DNA of 64,000 nt from Spirochaetia bacterium (GCA_965208575.1 CBDBOV010000005.1:128001-192000), one strand, 5' to 3'. Positions 51,701 to 61,473 are shown, numbered from the stretch's first letter. Numbers and translations are program-made. Notes: generated by a model not told the origin, from the sequence alone.

Positions 51701-52462
51701 ATGACCAATAACCAAGCCACCCTCGACAAGCTCGACCGGATGCGCCTGCACGGCATGGCGCGGGCATTGCGCACCAGCCTCGACAGCCAGGCGCAGTGTA
51801 CGACCGACGAGTTGCTGGCCCGCCTGGTGGATGCCGAGTGGGACGACCGCCATGAGCGGCGTCTGCAGCGGTTGCTGAAGGCGGCCCGCTTTCGCTACCC
51901 GGCCGCCATCGAGGAGGTAGACTTCTCGCTGCGCCGCAACCTGGATCAGAACCAACTGCTGCGGCTGGCCGACTGCCGCTGGGTGCAGCACCACCAGGAC
52001 CTGATCATCACCGGCAAGTGCGGCTCCGGGAAGAGCTTCCTGGCCTCCGCGCTGGGCCACCAAGCGTGTCTGCGCGGGTTCCGGGTCGGCTATCATGCGT
52101 CCTCCCGGCTGTTCGGGGAACTGCGCCTGGCGAAGGCTGACGGCAGCTACGTCCGGGAGCTGGAGAAGATCAGCAAGCAGGCGCTGGTCATAATCGACGA
52201 CTTCGCGCTGGAGCCACTGGACGGACTGGCGCGGCTGGCCCTGCTGGAGATGCTCGAAGACCGCCACGGTCGCGCCTCGACCCTGATGGTCTCGCAGTTG
52301 CCGGTATCGTCCTGGCATGAGGTGATCGGCGAGCCCACCATCGGCGATGCGATCTGTGACCGCATCGTGCATGGCGCCCACCGCATCAACCTGGAGGGAG
52401 ATTCGGTGCGCAAGCTGTATGCCGAGCGTGCCCGGCGGGACGCGGCCGAGCGGCTGGGATAG
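51701..52462 (+). CDS. istB: IS21 helper ATPase IstB
   Basis: GKCGSGKS, IIDDF, DAICDRIVH..HRINLEG.S.R. Confidence 0.93.
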   Translation: MTNNQATLDKLDRMRLHGMARALRTSLDSQAQCTTDELLARLVDAEWDDRHERRLQRLLKAARFRYPAAIEEVDFSLRRNLDQNQLLRLADCRWVQHHQDLIITGKCGSGKSFLASALGHQACLRGFRVGYHASSRLFGELRLAKADGSYVRELEKISKQALVIIDDFALEPLDGLARLALLEMLEDRHGRASTLMVSQLPVSSWHEVIGEPTIGDAICDRIVHGAHRINLEGDSVRKLYAERARRDAAERLG

Positions 52463-53775
52463 CGCCGCCACCCCCGGCGCCACGACCGCGGCGGGAGCGT
52501 TGCTGCCGCCGCGCGTCAGCGGCGGTCGGTGCGCTACCCGGGCGGGCTCTTTGCCCTGCCATCTCAACCACGCTGCATATTGGGTGCATATCGGGTGCAT
52601 ACCGCCCGGAAACCGGCCACCCGACGGCGCAGGACGCGCCGCCGGGCGGACGGTGGTACTTGGAGACCCCCGGAATCAGGACGGATATACGGTCGGAGTG
52701 AATAACGATGCGCCGGTGGTCAGCTTCTCGGAGGTCGCGATGGCGAAGGCGCGGAGCGTATGTCGAGACGCCCGCGGTCGATACGGTCAGCCGCTCCATG
52801 CACATGGATACGGTGCCGATGATGCCGATGGCCACTCCGACCGCCGCACACACGCAAACGGTGAAGACGACACCCCTGCTGCCGATGTACCACGGCCCGG
52901 CGGCCCGTCTATCAGCCCCCCGCCACGGTTGCTCGGGTGCGCGCCCTACTGATTGCGGCGGCTCTTGCGGTTGGCTTCGTCCTGCCGGTCCGCGCCGCGG
53001 GTGCCGAACTCCATGCGCACGGCCCACCGCTCGGTCGCCCACCCTGCGCCGGGGTGCGGTTCGCTTTCAACCGCCGGGTTACTTGCCGGCGAGTTCGCGC
53101 TCAGTCATCGAGCCCGACCACGCGGCGCGCACCATGAGCACCCGTCGCGACGGTGCTCGCCGGCATTCCGGCCCCTCCACGGGTGTCAGGCCAGTCGCCT
53201 GGCTGTCAGCGGGGCCGCTCGCGTCAGAGTCGGCCTCTCTGCCGGCCCTCCAACCTGCGAGAGTTCCTCAGGCATCCCCCGGAAAATCCGTATCGTGACC
53301 GCAGTCACCGCTTTCTCAGCGCCGCGGGCTCCGCGCGTTCCACCGCTCCGCCATGCGCATGGCCGCATCGAGGCACCCACGGGCAATCCGTCGCACTGCT
53401 GTTCCCAGCCAACTGCCGCTGCCGGCCGCCGGACCACCCGGTCGAGGTCGCGGCAGCAGCGGCGGCGGGCGCACCGCCGCGTCGGCGCTCCATCGGCGAC
53501 GTGGGCACTCTCCGCCCTATCACGCGGCGCTCACACACCGTTCCGGGGCACCGTCGATGCGGTTCCCTCCGCCACCGTGGTCTGCCAAGCCTCCTCTCGA
53601 CAGGCCACCCGCGGACACTCTGGCCGGAACTTCGTTACCGCTCCGAACTCCCTTCGCGCACTCCGTCAGATTGATTCAAAAAAGCCACCCCGCTATACTC
53701 GCCGTCTCAGGATCGGACCACTCCCCGGTGGCTTTTTATTTCCGGAATGGGTGGCTTTTTTCACCGGAATACGCA

Positions 53776-54069
53776 ATAAATGACCGTGGGCATCTGCGAG
53801 ATCATTCCGTGGTGGTAGAGTGCCGTCTGAAGAGAAATGTACGAGGGAAGTGGGGCCGTCAGATAGCCGACCAGCGGAAGCGGATCCCGGGTCCTGGCGA
53901 TCAACCAGGTTCCCCTCTTCAACCGCAACAGATGTCCAGACCCAGCCAAGCGAGACAGAATCTGGCTGGCGTGGTCCTTGTTCACGTCAAGGAGCCCCAT
54001 CACGTCAGCAGTCCTCATGACCGTTTGCCCGGTCTGCTGAATTCGAGCCAGTGCCTGGTCCAATCTCAC
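53776..54069 (-). pseudogene. AbiEi-family antitoxin, N-terminal half
   Basis: wHTH (LSRL..SG.L.RLKRG.W), SYISLQTALYHHGMI.Q.P. Confidence 0.85.
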
Positions 54070-54824
54070 TGCGCTGCCTCTTCGATAGCGCCGACCACTC
54101 TGAGGACCATGTCATCCCACACGTCTCGTGAGTCATATACTGACTGGTACTCGGGATGCAGGTAAGAGAAGACCTGTCCCTTGAATATGTCGAATGTCAC
54201 CGACAGGGCGTTTGTCACGGCCTCACCGAGCCGACTGTGGAGTTTGAAGTCATCCAACTCCGAATTGACGCCCGTGGACAGCAGAAGAAACAGATCAAAG
54301 ACATCTCTCGCTTGGGGTACCGGCCTGGAAATGAGTGCCTCCACCTTCTGCTTGTATGCAGCGTGAGACGTATAGTGGTTCGCCAGAATCGGCGTTAGTG
54401 AATACGTATCGATCAGTTGCGGGTCAACAGCCTCGAAGGCGTGCTCCCGAGTAATCCCTCGTCGCGAGAACTCGGTCTTCGTGTTCAGAAGCACATCAAT
54501 GCCTCCTACGCTGAGCAGCATCTTCCATCGTTGCACCGTATCCGTCTGCTTCGGAGCGGAGAGTTTCGCAAGGGCGATTTGGTGGATCTGCAGGGCTTGG
54601 GAGAAAGACCGAGAAGTCAATATCGAGTCAACGCTGTCAGCAAGTTTCTGTTTTGAGACGCCCTGGACATCAATATCCATGTCTTCCGAATACCGAAAGC
54701 TCTTCATGAAGAACCTGAGATTGCATCCGCCCTTCAGGACACAGTATCTCTTGTCCAACTTGCGTCCGAGGAAGTCCAGAAACACCAGGTGAAAGAGTTC
54801 GACATACTGTGGCGCGTCATACAT
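54066..54824 (-). CDS. AbiEii/AbiGii-family nucleotidyltransferase toxin
   Basis: LKGG..LR.F....RYSEDMD, K..AL..R...RD.FDL. Confidence 0.88.
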   Translation of the reverse strand: MYDAPQYVELFHLVFLDFLGRKLDKRYCVLKGGCNLRFFMKSFRYSEDMDIDVQGVSKQKLADSVDSILTSRSFSQALQIHQIALAKLSAPKQTDTVQRWKMLLSVGGIDVLLNTKTEFSRRGITREHAFEAVDPQLIDTYSLTPILANHYTSHAAYKQKVEALISRPVPQARDVFDLFLLLSTGVNSELDDFKLHSRLGEAVTNALSVTFDIFKGQVFSYLHPEYQSVYDSRDVWDDMVLRVVGAIEEAAQ

Positions 54825-54841
54825 ACCAGCCCCGCCCATAA

Positions 54842-54872
54842 ACAATACGCAAAGTTGACAAATATGTCAACT
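54842..54872 (-). promoter_or_regulatory. abiE promoter with palindromic operator
   Basis: TTGACA-17 nt-TATTGT; palindrome AGTTGACA-N4-TGTCAACT over the -35 box. Confidence 0.65.
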
Positions 54873-55799
54873 ACAGGTGTTCCGTTCAGGGCGGCGCAGA
54901 CGCACCTCACTACTTCCGACCGCCTGTGCGCCGTAGGCGCCGAGGCGGCCGCTGCCGCCTCGCAGGCGCGGGTCGAGCAGGTCGCGGACCGCGTCACCCA
55001 CCATGTTCAGGCAGTACACCACCACCGTCAGGCACAGCCCCGGCCATACCGCCAGCCGCGGCGCGATCTCCATGTACTCGCGCCCCTCCCGGCTCAGCAT
55101 GCCGCCCCAGCTCGGCACAGTCGTGGGCAGGCCGAACCCCAGAAAGCTCAAGCTGGCCTCGCTGATCACCACCGCGCCGATGTTGATGCTGTAGATCACG
55201 ATCAGCACCGGCGCGATGTTGGGCAGCAGGTGGTGCACCAGCGTCCGCCAGCGCGAGCTGCCGACCGCCCGCGCCGCCTCGAAGTAGACGTGCTCCTTGG
55301 CGGCGATCACCGCGCCCCGGACCACCCGCGAGCCGCCGATGCCGCCCAGCACCCCCAGCACCACGATGATCTGCAGCACCCCTCGCCCGACCACCGACAT
55401 CACCGTCAGCAGGATCAGCAGGCCGGGTATCGACATCCAGGCATCGACCAGCCGCTGCACGGTCAGGTCGAGCCGGCCGCCGATGAAGCCGGAGACGCCG
55501 CCCACCACCAGCGCCACCAGCACGTTGACGGCCGTCGCGGCCAGGCCGACGCCCAGGGTGAGGCGAGCGCCGTAGATCAGGCGGCTGGCGAAGTCGCGGC
55601 CCAACTGGTCGGTGCCCAGCGGGTAGCGCGCCGAGGAGCCCTGCAGCCGGTCCATCAGGAACACCTCGTTGGGGCCGAACGGGGCCAGCACGTCGGCCAA
55701 CAGCGTCACCAGGATCAACAACAGCAGCACGATCCCGAGCACCACCGCCAACGGCTTCTCCCGGCGCAGCCGGACGAAGAAATCGGCGAACGCGCCCAT
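54867..55799 (-). CDS. OppC/DppC-like permease (copy 2)
   Basis: Close paralogue of 7269-8189. Confidence 0.9.
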   Translation of the reverse strand: MGAFADFFVRLRREKPLAVVLGIVLLLLILVTLLADVLAPFGPNEVFLMDRLQGSSARYPLGTDQLGRDFASRLIYGARLTLGVGLAATAVNVLVALVVGGVSGFIGGRLDLTVQRLVDAWMSIPGLLILLTVMSVVGRGVLQIIVVLGVLGGIGGSRVVRGAVIAAKEHVYFEAARAVGSSRWRTLVHHLLPNIAPVLIVIYSINIGAVVISEASLSFLGFGLPTTVPSWGGMLSREGREYMEIAPRLAVWPGLCLTVVVYCLNMVGDAVRDLLDPRLRGGSGRLGAYGAQAVGSSEVRLRRPERNTCS

Positions 55800-55806
55800 C
55801 GGTGCC

Positions 55807-56772
55807 CTACCGGTAGCGCACGCGCGGGTCGATTAGCGCGTACGAGAGGTCGGTGACGAGATTGACCGCCACCACCACGGCGGCGAACACAAGGTTGACG
55901 CCGGAGACGATCGGGTAGTCTCTGATCGTAAGCGCATTCACCAGCAGCCGCCCCAGCCCCGGCAGGTTGAAGATGTTCTCCATGATCACCGAGCCGCCCA
56001 CCAGGATCGGCACCTGCAGGGCGACCAGGCTGACCACCGGGATCAGGGCGTTCTTGACCGCGTGGCGCAGGATCACCGATCGTTCCAGCAGCCCCTTGGA
56101 CCACGCGGTCCTGATGTAGTCCTGTCTGAGCACCTCCAGCATCATCGTCCGCGTCATCCGCATGGTGGCCGCGGACAGATAGGTCCCCAGGATCAGACTG
56201 GGAATGGCGAATCCGGCCAGGCTTCCGAGCGGGTCTTCCACGAACGAGACCAGCACCAACGGTGGGGACCAGCGCCACCAGATTGCCGGAAACACGATGA
56301 CCATGGTGGCCAGCCAGAAGTTGGGCGTCGCCAGGCCGAGGATGGCCAGCGACCGCCCCACGTAGTCGGCGGCCGTATCCTGGCGAATCGCCGAGTAGAT
56401 ACCCACCGGCACGGCTATGACCAGCCCGATGAGAATCGCCATCAAGCCCAGCTGAATGGTCACCGGTAGTCTCTGGGCGATGCTCTGCTCCACGGTGTCG
56501 CTGCTCGTCAGTGATGGACCGAGAGTGCCGCGCAGGAAGATCCCGCCCACCCAGCGCCCATACTGGACGTAGACCGGCACATCCAGGCCCAGCCGGCGCT
56601 CGAGGGCTGCGCGGTCGATCCCCCCCGTCGCACCTTGCGTGGCTCGCAAGCGCGCTTCCATCACATCGATCACGTCGCCCGGGAGGAAGCGGACCGAGAG
56701 AAATACCAGGACGGTCACGAGAAACAGGGTCGGGATGACCATCAGCAGCCGCCGGATGGCATACGCCCTCAT
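55807..56772 (-). CDS. OppB/DppB-like permease (copy 2)
   Basis: Close paralogue of 8201-9172. Confidence 0.92.
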   Translation of the reverse strand: MRAYAIRRLLMVIPTLFLVTVLVFLSVRFLPGDVIDVMEARLRATQGATGGIDRAALERRLGLDVPVYVQYGRWVGGIFLRGTLGPSLTSSDTVEQSIAQRLPVTIQLGLMAILIGLVIAVPVGIYSAIRQDTAADYVGRSLAILGLATPNFWLATMVIVFPAIWWRWSPPLVLVSFVEDPLGSLAGFAIPSLILGTYLSAATMRMTRTMMLEVLRQDYIRTAWSKGLLERSVILRHAVKNALIPVVSLVALQVPILVGGSVIMENIFNLPGLGRLLVNALTIRDYPIVSGVNLVFAAVVVAVNLVTDLSYALIDPRVRYR

Positions 56773-56870
56773 GCACTACGCTCCATCATCGGCTGGGGGG
56801 AGGACCGAGCGCTGGGAAGGGGGGCCGGCCACGTCGCGGCCCCGCCCCCCAGCTGCAAGTGCCGTGCGCC

Positions 56871-58640
56871 CTACGGCTTCAGACTGCTATCGAACCACAG
56901 GCGCGCGAAAGCCAGATATTGGCCGGACTTCGTCAAAGTCGACTCGCCGTTGTATCCCGCGACCCACGGCTGGGTCACCGAGAATTCTGGCCCCACCGCC
57001 CCGGCCAGCTGCCAGAACTGCTCGATCGAGTACATCTCCAGCTCGCGGAGCGCCGCGTTTTGTTCGTCAAGCGTGGTCGCGGCTTGGTACTCTTCGAACT
57101 TGGCCCTGTACCACTCGTCGTCGACCTCGGAGGTGTTCCATGATGTCGAGAGGAATTTCCCCAAAATAGCCGCTGCGGAGCCCTTGTAAGCCCCTTCCGC
57201 CGTGATGAGCTCATAGTCTCCCTGTGTTCTTGCGGCCACGTGCTCAGCCAGTGGCAGAATGACGACCTCTGCCTTGACGCCGATGGCGTCCCAATAACTG
57301 ATCAGGAGCTCGGTGTAGTTCAGATCGTAGCGCGGTTGGTGTACGATCTCGGTCTCGAATCTGACGCCGTCGGCGCCGCGCGGATACCCCGCCTCGTCGA
57401 GCAGCGCCTCGGCACCGGCTGGGTCATACTCGAACGCCTTCCTGACATCTGCCGGCCAATCTTCGAACGGGGTCGCGACGGCAGTATTGAAACGGCTTAT
57501 CTGCCCCTGGGGGATGGCATCCGCCAAGCCTTTATAGTATCCTTGGTCGATCTCGTCGAGGTTGAGGGCCATCTGCATCGCCTTGCGTACCCGGATGTCG
57601 TCAAAGGGCTTGACCTTAATGTTCATGCCGACATCCTGGTCCGACCGTAGCGCAAACGGATAGACCTTCAGCTCAGGGTTGGTGCGCTGCAGGCTCTCTA
57701 ACTGGTCGACACCCCGCAACGTGGTAGTGCCGCCTGCTGCACCTATGTAATCGAGCTGGCCGCTGCGCAGCGCTGAGACGTACGTCGCCACCTCGGGCAT
57801 GACCAGCGCGCGTATCTGGTCGAAATAGGGGAGCCGGTTCTCCGGGAACTTCTCGTCGAAGCGCCAGTAGTCGGGATTCTTGTCATAGGTAACGGAGCTG
57901 CCCTTGGTCCAGTCGGTGAGAGTATAGGGCCCGGTGCCGACCAGATCCCGCCAATCACTCGCGTTCCCCTTTGCCCGGATGACCTCGGGGGCGTAGATGA
58001 TGTTCATGCCCCCTTGGATGATCGCCACAAGAGCACCGCTGGTTGGCGCTGGCAGCTTGATCACCACCGTCGAGCTGTCGGTGGCGGTTACCGATTCGAG
58101 CTCGACGCCGGTGTACTCGCCGGCATTAATAAACTCGCTGCGTTCGGTGTAGCCGCTGCCGATGCCAAACAACCGGTGGAAGTTGAACTCGACATCCTCG
58201 GCGGTCAGCGCGCGACCGTTCATCGGCGCCTTGTCCTGCCAGCGAACGCCCTGGCGGATGTTGAGGACGTAGGTAAGAGGGTCGGGCTGCGACCAGCTCT
58301 CGGCCAGGAGCCCGATGGTGTGCGTCGGCGGGAGGGCCACCGCAAAGTCGTGCTCGTCTCTTGGCGTTGACCAGTCCTGGATCGTCAGATTCTCGAGGAC
58401 GAGATTGTAGATGATGGATCCCCAACCACCGGCGAGCACGGCGTCGATGTCCCCCGGCTCTTCCTTGAGTGCATAGGTGAACGTGCCGCCGTACTCGGGC
58501 GCACTGATCATCTCGCCGGTGCTGGGGTCGAGCACCATCTCCTTCTCGACCGCGGCCGCCTCCTCACCGGCGGGGGCGGCGAACGTAACGGTAGCCGCCA
58601 GCGAGAACGCCAGCGTCAGCACAATGAATTTGGGAGTCAT
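56871..58640 (-). CDS. OppA/DppA-like substrate-binding protein (copy 2)
   Basis: More diverged paralogue of 9295-11040. Confidence 0.9.
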   Translation of the reverse strand: MTPKFIVLTLAFSLAATVTFAAPAGEEAAAVEKEMVLDPSTGEMISAPEYGGTFTYALKEEPGDIDAVLAGGWGSIIYNLVLENLTIQDWSTPRDEHDFAVALPPTHTIGLLAESWSQPDPLTYVLNIRQGVRWQDKAPMNGRALTAEDVEFNFHRLFGIGSGYTERSEFINAGEYTGVELESVTATDSSTVVIKLPAPTSGALVAIIQGGMNIIYAPEVIRAKGNASDWRDLVGTGPYTLTDWTKGSSVTYDKNPDYWRFDEKFPENRLPYFDQIRALVMPEVATYVSALRSGQLDYIGAAGGTTTLRGVDQLESLQRTNPELKVYPFALRSDQDVGMNIKVKPFDDIRVRKAMQMALNLDEIDQGYYKGLADAIPQGQISRFNTAVATPFEDWPADVRKAFEYDPAGAEALLDEAGYPRGADGVRFETEIVHQPRYDLNYTELLISYWDAIGVKAEVVILPLAEHVAARTQGDYELITAEGAYKGSAAAILGKFLSTSWNTSEVDDEWYRAKFEEYQAATTLDEQNAALRELEMYSIEQFWQLAGAVGPEFSVTQPWVAGYNGESTLTKSGQYLAFARLWFDSSLKP

Positions 58641-58910
58641 TGCGTACTCCTCCTCGTTGTCGGGATCGGGACCGCGTCCCGTTGCCCGTGTTCTTGGGCC
58701 GAAGACTTCGGCCTTCTCGCATGGTCGTGGTAGTCGTCGCACCCGAAGCGGGAGACAGCGCCGCGAGCGCCGGTTTCCGCGAGCGTGGTGCGATGGGTGT
58801 GGATGGCGAAGGGAGCCGCTACGTCGTCAGCGGTGCAGATGGCGACAGAGTGGCGGATGTGGCTCGGCGAGCGTAGAGAGCGGTCAGTTACCGGGTGCTT
58901 GGTTTGTTGT

Positions 58911-58985
58911 GGAGCAGGCCGGAGCAGGCCGGAGCAGGCCGGAGCAGGCCGGAGCAGGCCGGAGCAGGCCGGAGCAGGCCGGAGC
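58911..58985. repeat. Tandem repeat (GGAGCAGGCC) x7.5 in the oppA leader
   Basis: Direct count; the paralogous leader has GGAGCAGGAC x2.5 at 11228-11252. Confidence 0.95.
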
Positions 58986-59160
58986 GCTAGCGTTCGCGGC
59001 TAACGGGTGGCTGCGGTGGGCTGTGTGATCGCGCTTCATCCGCGTACCAAGCCGCCATTCTACCACGCGCCCGGCACCCGTCAAGCACGCCGAATCGGTC
59101 GAATCTGTCGGCTGGAAAGGTGCGACCGGGTCGCGCTACCATGCAGATCGGAGTCGGCGC

Positions 59161-60105
59161 ATGGAACAGAAGCCCAGTCCGGTGCTGCGTACCGCGATAG
59201 GAAACTATGGCCATACCGCGGCCTTGAAGGATGGCACCATCACCTCCCCGATGTTCGACCTGGAGCACGTTGAGGTCTCCCCCGTGCCGATGATATTCCG
59301 CCGCATGGTGCGGGGGCTCGAGTTCGATGTCGCGGAGATGGCGCTGGCGACCTGTTTCTGTGCCCGCGCCCACGGCAAGCGCTTTACCGGAATCCCCATC
59401 TTCCTGACCCGCGCCTTCTATCACGGCGAGTTGCTGTGCCACCGGCGCAGCGGTATCCGGGCGCCGAAGGACCTCGAAGGCCGCAAGGTGGGCGTACGCA
59501 GCTACACGTTTACCCCCGGCGTCTGGACGCGCGGCATCCTGGCCGCCGAATACGGCGTCGACCTGGACGCGGTCACCTGGGTTCTGTCGGGAGACGAACA
59601 CGTGCAGGAGTACGTCGCGCCCGCCAACGTGGTGTCGTCGCCCAACAACAACCTCGCGACGATGCTGCTCGCCGGCGAGATCGACGCCGCCATCGCGCCC
59701 GGCCCGGTCGACTCGCCTGACATCCAGCCGCTGTTCCCGGACGCCCGGCAGGCCGACGACGCCTGGCACCGCAGGACCGGGATCTATCCGATCAGCCACC
59801 TGCTGGTGGTGAAGGACGCGGCGCTGGCGTCGCACCCCGGTCTCGCAACCGAGCTGTTCCGCCTGTTCAGCGAGGCCAGGTCGCAGTACCTGCCGCGCCT
59901 GCGCTCCGGCGCCGCCGACGACGCCGGCGATCGGTCGCTGCGGAAGATGGCGCAGACGGTCGGCGGCGACCCCCTGCCCTACGGCTTCGAGAGTTCGCGC
60001 AAGACTCTGGAGACCTTCATACGCTACAACGTCGACCAGGGCGTGATACCGCAGGCGGTCGCCCCGGAGGACCTGTTCGTGCCGGAGACCCTGGCCCTGG
60101 TCTGA
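59161..60105 (+). CDS. 4,5-dihydroxyphthalate decarboxylase-like / ABC substrate-binding protein (dhp-like)
   Basis: G.Y.HT.ALKDG, FRRMVR.LEFDVAEM, IPIF..R.F.H, PKDL.G..VG, GIYPI.H, DP.PYG. Confidence 0.8.
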   Translation: MEQKPSPVLRTAIGNYGHTAALKDGTITSPMFDLEHVEVSPVPMIFRRMVRGLEFDVAEMALATCFCARAHGKRFTGIPIFLTRAFYHGELLCHRRSGIRAPKDLEGRKVGVRSYTFTPGVWTRGILAAEYGVDLDAVTWVLSGDEHVQEYVAPANVVSSPNNNLATMLLAGEIDAAIAPGPVDSPDIQPLFPDARQADDAWHRRTGIYPISHLLVVKDAALASHPGLATELFRLFSEARSQYLPRLRSGAADDAGDRSLRKMAQTVGGDPLPYGFESSRKTLETFIRYNVDQGVIPQAVAPEDLFVPETLALV

Positions 60106-60116
60106 CCACCCGAACC

Positions 60117-60414
60117 GAGCGGCGGCCCGCCGCTCTCGTTGGTCGCATCGGTCACGTAGTGATGCAGTTCGTACACTCGAAACAGTGCCTGGAGTCCACG
60201 AGTGGACTTGCTTCTGCGCCAGTCCGAGCTGATCACAATGCCCGCGCCGAAGTCCTTGCACAGCGAGCGCAGCCGTTCGACCGCTTCGCTGTCCCAGTCA
60301 AAGCACACCGCCCCAAGGTCGTACTTGTCCATGCCCAGGTAGATCTCATCGGCCAATCTGTCGGCCAGCGAACAGCACGATCGGCGCCTCGTTGCGGCTG
60401 GACACCGATGCCGG
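60117..60414. pseudogene. HAD internal fragment (-) plus short CRTAC1 fragment (+)
   Basis: Matches 41962-42216 and 18533-18567. Confidence 0.8.
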
Positions 60415-60489
60415 GCGTCGGCGTGCGCGCCCCGGCTGATCTGGAACGTCCGGTTTGCATGCCCGCGCGAGATGGGCTACGCTGGCGTC

Positions 60490-61473
60490 ATGGCCAGCAC
60501 CAAAGCACCGCCCAGCGGGCGCTACCAAGCAGCGCAACCCCGGCCCGCCCAGCCCGCCGAGCCGCCGGCGTTCCCGGGCTGCACGCCGGTGCACCTGCCG
60601 CGCACCGAGATCGAACGCTTCGAGGGGCGGCTCGAATATTGGGATTCGGCCACCGAGACCGCCTGGATCAGCGAGCCCACCACTTCCTATCACGAACGCC
60701 CGTCGCGCCTGGTGACCCGCTTGGCCGAGATGGTCGGCCGGGTGCGCGGGTCGCCGATCGAGTCGTACGGCTCGATGGACCTGCTGCTGCGCGACCCCGA
60801 AGGCGAGCCGCGGCGCATCATGCAGGCCGACGAGTCGGTGTACCTGCATCCGGCGCAGGCCAGGCTGCCGGGGGCCGCCATGGTGGTAGGCGAGGACGAC
60901 TTTCCCGACGTGGTGCTGGAGGTGGATCACACCACCGACGTGCACCGCGGCAAGCTCGCGCTGTACGAATCGTGGGGCTTCCCGGAAGTGTGGGTGGAGG
61001 TGCCGGACACTCCGTCGCCGAGCCGGCCGCACCGGCGCCGCCCGGGACTGACCATTCATGTGCTCGAGCACGGCCGGTTCCGGGTTGCAACCGAGAGCCG
61101 TGCATTTCCCGGCTGGCGGGCCGAGGAGATTCACTTGGCGCTGAACGAGCCGGTGCCGTCGGCGCAGACGAGCGCGGCGGTGGAACGGGTTGCAACGGCG
61201 CTCGGTGAGCGCGAAGGCACCGGCCCGGACGACGACCCGCTGCTGCGCTCGCAACGGCGCCAGGGGTTCGAGCGCGGCCTGGCGGAAGGTCGCTTCCGGA
61301 TGGTCCGCCAGATTCTGCGGTCACGGGGCATTGCAGTGTCGGCGGGGTTCTCCGCCGCTGCGGAAGCGCTCGCCGCGGCGTCCGAGGAGGCGCTGCTGGC
61401 GGCGGCGCTTGGCTGCGCGGATGAGGCGGAGTTCCTTGCCGCGCTCCGGCGCTCGCGCCACCCGGGCGGCTGA
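60490..61473 (+). CDS. Uma2-family endonuclease (type B, intact)
   Basis: HERP, QADESVY, PDVVLEVDHTT, KLALYESWGFPEVWV. Confidence 0.87.
   Translation: MASTKAPPSGRYQAAQPRPAQPAEPPAFPGCTPVHLPRTEIERFEGRLEYWDSATETAWISEPTTSYHERPSRLVTRLAEMVGRVRGSPIESYGSMDLLLRDPEGEPRRIMQADESVYLHPAQARLPGAAMVVGEDDFPDVVLEVDHTTDVHRGKLALYESWGFPEVWVEVPDTPSPSRPHRRRPGLTIHVLEHGRFRVATESRAFPGWRAEEIHLALNEPVPSAQTSAAVERVATALGEREGTGPDDDPLLRSQRRQGFERGLAEGRFRMVRQILRSRGIAVSAGFSAAAEALAAASEEALLAAALGCADEAEFLAALRRSRHPGG

Larger units (their letters stand above)
43874..53775 (+). mobile_element. IS21-family element with nested insertions
   Basis: Ends TGCATAATCCGG / CCGGAATACGCA, multiple internal GCCAC...TCCGG sites, 5-bp TSD ATAAA, istA and istB. 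Confidence 0.9.

Noticed and set aside
52463-53640. Passenger CDS in the IS21 right arm
   Set aside because: Several overlapping ORFs, none with a recognisable motif or RBS.
58911-58985. CRISPR array
   Set aside because: Perfect 10-bp tandem units without spacers; no cas genes.
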